Shown in pieces: positions 1 through 7,677 of a stretch of 7,677 nt of DNA. How positions within the stretch are numbered: position 1 is the stretch's first letter; each line of letters starts with the position of its first letter. This DNA comes from a virus (lineage: Monodnaviria > Loebvirae > Hofneiviricota > Faserviricetes > Tubulavirales), in the IMG/VR virus record IMGVR_UViG_2675903650_000001. One strand, written 5' to 3'. The position numbers were made by a program, and so were the translations under genes. The notes under the pieces are model-generated. The model saw nothing but the letters and a program-made list of their open reading frames with translations, had not been told where the DNA came from and searched no databases.

Positions 1-1578
<1,578 letters not shown>

Positions 1579-1593
1579 CTGAATTTTTAACAT

Positions 1594-1599
1594 TGAGGA
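1594..1599 (+). promoter_or_regulatory. Shine-Dalgarno GAGGAG, 9 nt upstream of the ATG at 1609
   Basis: GAGGAG read directly in the sequence at an appropriate spacing from the start codon. Confidence 0.6.
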
Positions 1600-1608
1600 G
1601 TCTGATTT

Positions 1609-2034
1609 ATGAATCAAATTTACGACAGTTTTCCGTTTCCTTCCCCTGAGGGTTTTACCTCAGGCATGACAATGGCGGGATATTTTATTCACGTCACTGT
1701 CATAAATGATGAGGAGTTAAAACCCACGGGTTCTCATTATAACCCTGAGGCTAAACCCAAATATGCCATTGTTATTGCCTATCCGTATGAGGACCGAAAA
1801 TTAAAAGTCCGCCGTGAGGAGCATGAGCGCTTTTCCTGTACTGAGGAGGATTTTAAATTTTTTAATTCATGTCCTGATTTGCAGGGCAAACCTGTTTATC
1901 TCACGGTGGATGTTAACTCATGGGCGACAGGCTCAGAACGTCATGGTGTCTGGTATCGTTTTATTTCCGGCTCCATGAAACGTTTTGACGGTCAGCCGCT
2001 GGGTGCACTGCCCGCAGGTAAAGAAAAAGGCTGA
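1609..2034 (+). CDS. Hypothetical protein in the gV position; possible ssDNA-binding protein, but 141 aa versus ~87 aa for Ff gV
   Basis: ATG with strong SD immediately downstream of the rep gene. Its stop (TGA 2032-2034) abuts the next start. Function is inferred only from position in the module; no motif recognised with certainty. Confidence 0.45.
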   Translation: MNQIYDSFPFPSPEGFTSGMTMAGYFIHVTVINDEELKPTGSHYNPEAKPKYAIVIAYPYEDRKLKVRREEHERFSCTEEDFKFFNSCPDLQGKPVYLTVDVNSWATGSERHGVWYRFISGSMKRFDGQPLGALPAGKEKG

Positions 2035-2038
2035 TGAT

Positions 2039-2179
2039 ATGTCTGACGCTGATTTTCTGAACTTTGTTTTATTTGCTGCGCCTGCAATGATTTTATTTTC
2101 TTCAGGTTTTGGCATCGGAATAAAACTGATTCGCGCCTGTGACTCACAAAGCATTACTGTTCAGCGTTATTATGACTGA
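2039..2179 (+). CDS. Small hydrophobic virion protein, gVII-like minor coat protein (46 aa from ATG 2039)
   Basis: The ORF-track frame 1985-2179 contains an in-frame ATG at 2039 just after the upstream stop. Product MSDADFLNFVLFAAPAMILFSSGFGIGIKL... has one hydrophobic segment. Position between the gV-slot gene and gVIII. Confidence 0.5.
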   Translation: MSDADFLNFVLFAAPAMILFSSGFGIGIKLIRACDSQSITVQRYYD

Positions 2180-2342
2180 ATTTGATTTCAGCGGTGTTTT
2201 ATCCGCACTGAATTCTGGCGTACAGGACGGGGAGCTTTACTGGTCCGTTCTTTATGTCTGGATTGTCTGCTGGCTTCTTGGCTTTGGTCTTGGTGTTATT
2301 TTCACTCTGGTCTGCCGGATGTTCAGTGATGCTGTTAATTAA
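2172..2342 (+). CDS. Small hydrophobic virion protein, gIX-like minor coat protein (56 aa from ATG 2172)
   Basis: In-frame ATG at 2172 overlaps the upstream stop (ATGACTGA, 2172-2179), a translational-coupling arrangement. Product MTEFDFSGVLSALNSG...YVWIVCWLLGFGLGVIFTLV has a transmembrane-like segment. Stop TAA 2340-2342. Confidence 0.5.
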   Translation: MTEFDFSGVLSALNSGVQDGELYWSVLYVWIVCWLLGFGLGVIFTLVCRMFSDAVN

Positions 2343-2348
2343 TTTTAA

Positions 2349-2609
<261 letters not shown>

Positions 2610-2624
2610 TAGTTATTTAACGAC

Positions 2625-2647
2625 AGCGCCCTCCGGGGCGCTTTTTT
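2625..2647 (+). terminator. Rho-independent terminator downstream of the major coat gene
   Basis: Perfect GC-rich hairpin AGCGCCC-TCCG-GGGCGCT (2625-2642) with the T-run completing at 2647. Corresponds to the Ff attenuator between gVIII and gIII. Confidence 0.8.
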
Positions 2648-2660
2648 AATCATACCAGGA

Positions 2661-4025
2661 GTGTTTTGTTTGATTCACTTTATTATTCCGCTTCTGTTTT
2701 TGTTCTTTTCCTCGTTTTCTTTCGCTGAAGAGAAAGAAAATCCGGATGCACTTGTTCAGTGTGCAGGCCATTCATCCTGCAGGACAGATTATTCGGACGC
2801 GGGGACGTCGATTAAATTAGCCAGGGCGGCCGGTCATCTTTTCTGTGGTTCGGGCAGTTATGACGCATGTTCCGGAATAATTCATTATTGTGGTGTGCCA
2901 CTTTCCACGCCTGTTAATGCACCTTCGACTGTCGGGTCTTTTGTCCGTGCCCGGTGGTCAGCATATAAAGTCTGGGATTCAGACAAGCAAAAGTGGACAG
3001 CCTGCACCCTTGCTTTTCAGGGTGGTGAGGGGGATTTGACACCTGAATATAATAAGCCGCCAACTGACGAGATTTGTCTTTCTCGTCCGGTTCTTGATGG
3101 TATGACTTTTTCTGATGTTTATAAAGGTGATGACGGGACCCGTTATGTTAATGTGCAGGGGTGTATTTATGAGGCAACCGGCAATCCTCTTATTTGTAAT
3201 CCCGATGATGATACAGTTTGTACTGCCGACTGGAAACCAGTTGCTGTAGATCCTGCATTCTCCGATGGTAAGGAGGATGGCGGTAGCTCAGGTGGTGGCA
3301 GTTCCGGTGGTGGTAACCCAGGCGGCGGCAGTTCCGGTGGTGGTTCAGGTTCTGGCTCCGGTGGTTCATCCGGTAGCGGTGGCTCCGGCTCGGGTTCCGG
3401 CGGCTCATCCGGCAGTGGTGGTTCAGGTTCTGGCTCCGGTGGTTCATCCGGTAGCGGTGGCTCCGGCTCGGGCTCCGGTGGTTCATCCGGTAGCGGTAGT
3501 TCAGGTTCAGGATCCGGTGGCTCATCCGGCGATGACAATGGCTGGCTTGATGGTATTTTGGGCTGGTTAAAAACAATATGGGTGTCAGTGAATGATTTAA
3601 ATAATGCTTTTTCTGTTTCTCAGGCTGATATGAATAATGCATTAAATTCACTGGACAATGGTATTAAAGATATTAGTCAGAATATAGCTTCTTCTTTGCC
3701 TGATGGGGATTTCCCTTTAGGGGAGCTTTCGCATTATTTGCCAGGACAGGGAAGTGAGAGTCATGATAATAACAATTGGCTTACAGTTAATATTGACAAA
3801 CTGGTAAATACAAATAATGGAACTGCTCTTCCTTTTACTTTACAGTTTAGCTTTAATCTTCCGTTGATTGGCGCGATTAATTTCAAGATTGATACAAGCC
3901 ATTTTGCAAAAGCTTATGACGATTATGTTCGTTCTGTTCTTGAATATGCTATTTATATGATAACCATGTTACGCGTTTTTGTTATTTCTCGCCGTACATT
4001 ATTTGAACGTGAGGTAAAACTCTGA
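2661..4025 (+). CDS. Adsorption / minor coat protein (gIII-like): signal peptide, Cys-rich N-terminal domains, long Gly/Ser linker, C-terminal anchor domain
   Basis: GTG 2661 overlaps the AGGAG at 2657-2661; a TTG at 2670 with that AGGAG ~8 nt upstream is an alternative start. Hydrophobic leader ...LLFLFFSSFSFA, multiple Cys in the N-terminal half, GGSSGSGGSGSGS linker, hydrophobic C-terminus. Located after gVIII and before gVI. Confidence 0.85.
   Translation: MFCLIHFIIPLLFLFFSSFSFAEEKENPDALVQCAGHSSCRTDYSDAGTSIKLARAAGHLFCGSGSYDACSGIIHYCGVPLSTPVNAPSTVGSFVRARWSAYKVWDSDKQKWTACTLAFQGGEGDLTPEYNKPPTDEICLSRPVLDGMTFSDVYKGDDGTRYVNVQGCIYEATGNPLICNPDDDTVCTADWKPVAVDPAFSDGKEDGGSSGGGSSGGGNPGGGSSGGGSGSGSGGSSGSGGSGSGSGGSSGSGGSGSGSGGSSGSGGSGSGSGGSSGSGSSGSGSGGSSGDDNGWLDGILGWLKTIWVSVNDLNNAFSVSQADMNNALNSLDNGIKDISQNIASSLPDGDFPLGELSHYLPGQGSESHDNNNWLTVNIDKLVNTNNGTALPFTLQFSFNLPLIGAINFKIDTSHFAKAYDDYVRSVLEYAIYMITMLRVFVISRRTLFEREVKL
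3280..3530 (+). repeat. In-frame Gly/Ser-coding tandem repeat (flexible linker of the gIII-like protein)
   Basis: ggtggttcatccggtagcggtggctccggctcggg recurs at 3360 and 3438 (78-bp DNA period; 39-bp period at protein level). The region encodes only G and S, with a single N and P. Confidence 0.85.
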
Positions 4026-4384
4026 TGTGGGCCATTTTAGGTGCTTTTTTTGTTGATGTTGTTTTAAAATCACTACGTTTCATTGCAGGAGTTATCGGTG
4101 ATAAAGCTGTTGCATGGGCTAAGCTCCTTTCTTATCTTGGTCTTTGCTACACTTCATATTATGCTCTTGTATCTGCCGTCAATTTTATTATTCGTCAAAT
4201 CTCCGATGTTAATAAACTCGATGTTATTGTAGTTGCATTCAGTTACCTTCCTTTAAATATTCAGTACTGTTTTAATATCATCCTCCATGTTCAATTTATT
4301 TCATACATATATCTTTATAAGGATAGAGTGTATCGATTGGTTTATGATTTATTGAAATCAAATGGGCTTAATGTTGGCAAGTAA
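4025..4384 (+). CDS. Minor coat protein gVI-like (hydrophobic, 119 aa)
   Basis: ATG 4025 overlaps the gIII-like stop (TGATG 4023-4027). SD-like GAGGT at 4011-4015. Hydrophobic product in the Ff gVI position. Confidence 0.7.
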   Translation: MWAILGAFFVDVVLKSLRFIAGVIGDKAVAWAKLLSYLGLCYTSYYALVSAVNFIIRQISDVNKLDVIVVAFSYLPLNIQYCFNIILHVQFISYIYLYKDRVYRLVYDLLKSNGLNVGK

Positions 4385-4398
4385 TTTTGCGGGGGTAA

Positions 4399-5613
<1,215 letters not shown>

Positions 5614-5626
5614 GACAGAGGACACT

Positions 5627-6674
<1,048 letters not shown>

Positions 6675-6702
6675 ATCTTCATGACTGAAAAACAGCACTT
6701 AA

Positions 6703-7677
<975 letters not shown>

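Noticed and set aside
1933-2154. Minus-strand ORF (73 aa) spanning the junction of the gV-slot and gVII-like genes
   Set aside because: It is antisense to tightly packed, translationally coupled + strand genes.
3167-3651. ORFs 3167-3538 (-), 3190-3651 (-) and 3265-3570 (+) with PEPEP-, HR- and VAV-rich translations
   Set aside because: These are alternative-frame and antisense readings of the Gly/Ser-coding tandem repeat inside the gIII-like gene.

Overview
The window reads as almost the entire gene complement of an Ff-like filamentous phage (Inoviridae), probably an enterobacterial prophage or replicative form. All genes are on the + strand in the canonical order: replication initiator (gII-like), a gV-slot protein, two tiny hydrophobic minor coat proteins (gVII/gIX-like), major coat protein (gVIII-like) with terminator, adsorption protein (gIII-like), gVI-like, assembly ATPase gI/Zot-like with a nested gXI-like start, then a secretin (gIV-like). 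The canonical intergenic origin/packaging region is not in the window and would be expected beyond its ends. The most unusual element is a ~1.05 kb array of 339-bp tandem repeats (3 full copies plus a partial one) wedged between gI and gIV. Each unit begins with a ~60-nt motif that I recall, from memory, as resembling the primosome-assembly region just downstream of the ColE1/pMB1 origin. Other points of interest are an atypical Walker A motif in the gI-like ATPase, an oversized protein in the gV slot, and a short secretin. All assignments rest on reading the translations and DNA by eye; no database search was possible.
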